Origin: a bacterium
Lineage (GTDB): Bacteria > Electryoneota > JAOADG01
Direction: 5' to 3'
Assembly (NCBI GenBank): GCA_963681965.1
Contig: OY820579.1
Location: 3,264,001-3,328,000 of the forward strand
DNA: 64,000 nt
Shown here one piece after another: positions 63,146-64,000 of this stretch. The position numbers were made by a program, and so were the translations under genes. Each line of letters starts with the position of its first letter. Positions within the stretch are counted from its first letter, which is position 1. The notes beneath the pieces are model-generated. The model was not told the origin of the DNA, made no database searches, and saw only the letters and a program-made list of their open reading frames with translations.

Positions 63146-64000
63146 ATGGGGGGTGGGTTATGGGTGGTAGGTGATGGGAAAGGATCTGCTTAGTACTTGG
63201 TGATTAGTACTTAGTTAAAAAAAGTAGGGGAGGGCTCCCATGCCCGCCCGTTCTTGTATCTTCTATCTTGTATCTTGCAGTAGGGGCGCCTCCCCGCGGG
63301 CGCCCGTTCTTGTATCTTTATTTTTTATCTTTTCCCAACACCTACCACCTACCCCCCACCACCCATCTTTTTGGTGGCGCAGGCCTCCGAGCCTGCGTTC
63401 TTGTATCTTTTTTTTCCCCATCACCCAACACCTACAACCCACTCCCCATCACCCATCTTTTCCGTATGTCGGAATTTATTCCGACTCCTCTTGTGTCCAA
63501 AATTGATCAGGCGACCTCGAGGACAGAGGATACAAGAAAGAAAAAACGCAGGCTAAAGCCTGCGGCTACGCTGGACAAATACGCGGACTAAAGTCCGCCG
63601 CTACCAAAAATAATCACAAGATCGGGCGGGCATGGGGACCCGCCCCTATGGAAAAATTGTACGATCGTATTGCTGTAGGTCAGAACTTGTTCTGACCACC
63701 TCTTGTATCCAAAATTGGTCGTGCGACCGCGGAGGGTCGCCATTACGGCAGGATACAGGATTCAAGAGAAGAAAGATCGCGGACTAAAGTCCGCCGCTAC
63801 CAATCTTTTCCCAACACCAACACCCATCTTTTCGGTGGGTCGGAATTTATTCCGACTCCTCTTGTGGTAGGGGCGGTTCGCGAACCGCCCGTGTCTGTTG
63901 AAGATCGATTATATTCGCAATCGGGAAAATTATTTTTTGCGAAAGGTAAATATTTGTGCATTATCATCGGGTTCGGGCGGGCGCGGGTACCCGCCCCTAT
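63146..64000. repeat. Mosaic REP-like hairpin array H with heptamer repeats (reaches the window edge)
   Basis: About 13 hairpins in both orientations (e.g. GTAGGGGCGCCTCCCCGCGGGCGCCC, GTGGCGCAGGCCTCCGAGCCTGCG, GTCGGAATTTATTCCGAC, GTAGGTCAGAACTTGTTCTGACC, GTAGGGGCGGTTCGCGAACCGCCC) plus CCATCAC-, TATCTTG- and TTAGTAC-type heptamers. Confidence 0.9.

Overview
Chromosomal segment of a bacterium that probably belongs to the FCB superphylum but is not a typical Bacteroidetes (inference from several secreted proteins with T9SS/FlgD-type C-terminal domains, a PorZ-like protein and a DUF6029-TlpA pair). Almost all genes lie on the minus strand and are housekeeping: rnhB, comEC, selA, ispG, maf, dtd, dnaE, murA, recN, an FMN-riboswitch-controlled rib operon, trxA, galT/GH57, nadC, uvrD, mltG, rluB, gcvH/gcvPA, accBC, efp, ligA, parAB and recG. 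The unusual content is intergenic. (1) Mosaic arrays string together about ten different GTAG/GTGG-initiated REP-like hairpins and GTCATTGCGA...GCAATC elements with shared pyrimidine-rich and heptameric linkers (44.8-45.2, 54.0-54.6, 56.1-57.8, 63.1-64.0 kb). (2) The only plus-strand non-transposase gene is a secreted LVIVD beta-propeller with 126-bp repeats that vary strongly at fixed codons and carry one in-frame TAA. It is enclosed by ~270-bp inverted repeats built from those hairpins and is preceded by an orphan copy of its own last codons. An IS256-like element later inserted into one arm. (3) A four-copy ~115-155 bp MITE-like or structured element has a covarying terminal stem. Several enzymes have altered catalytic motifs (GalT HPH->HPL, C25 GHG->GQG, DnaE PHP). 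All calls come from reading the sequence; no database searches were run.
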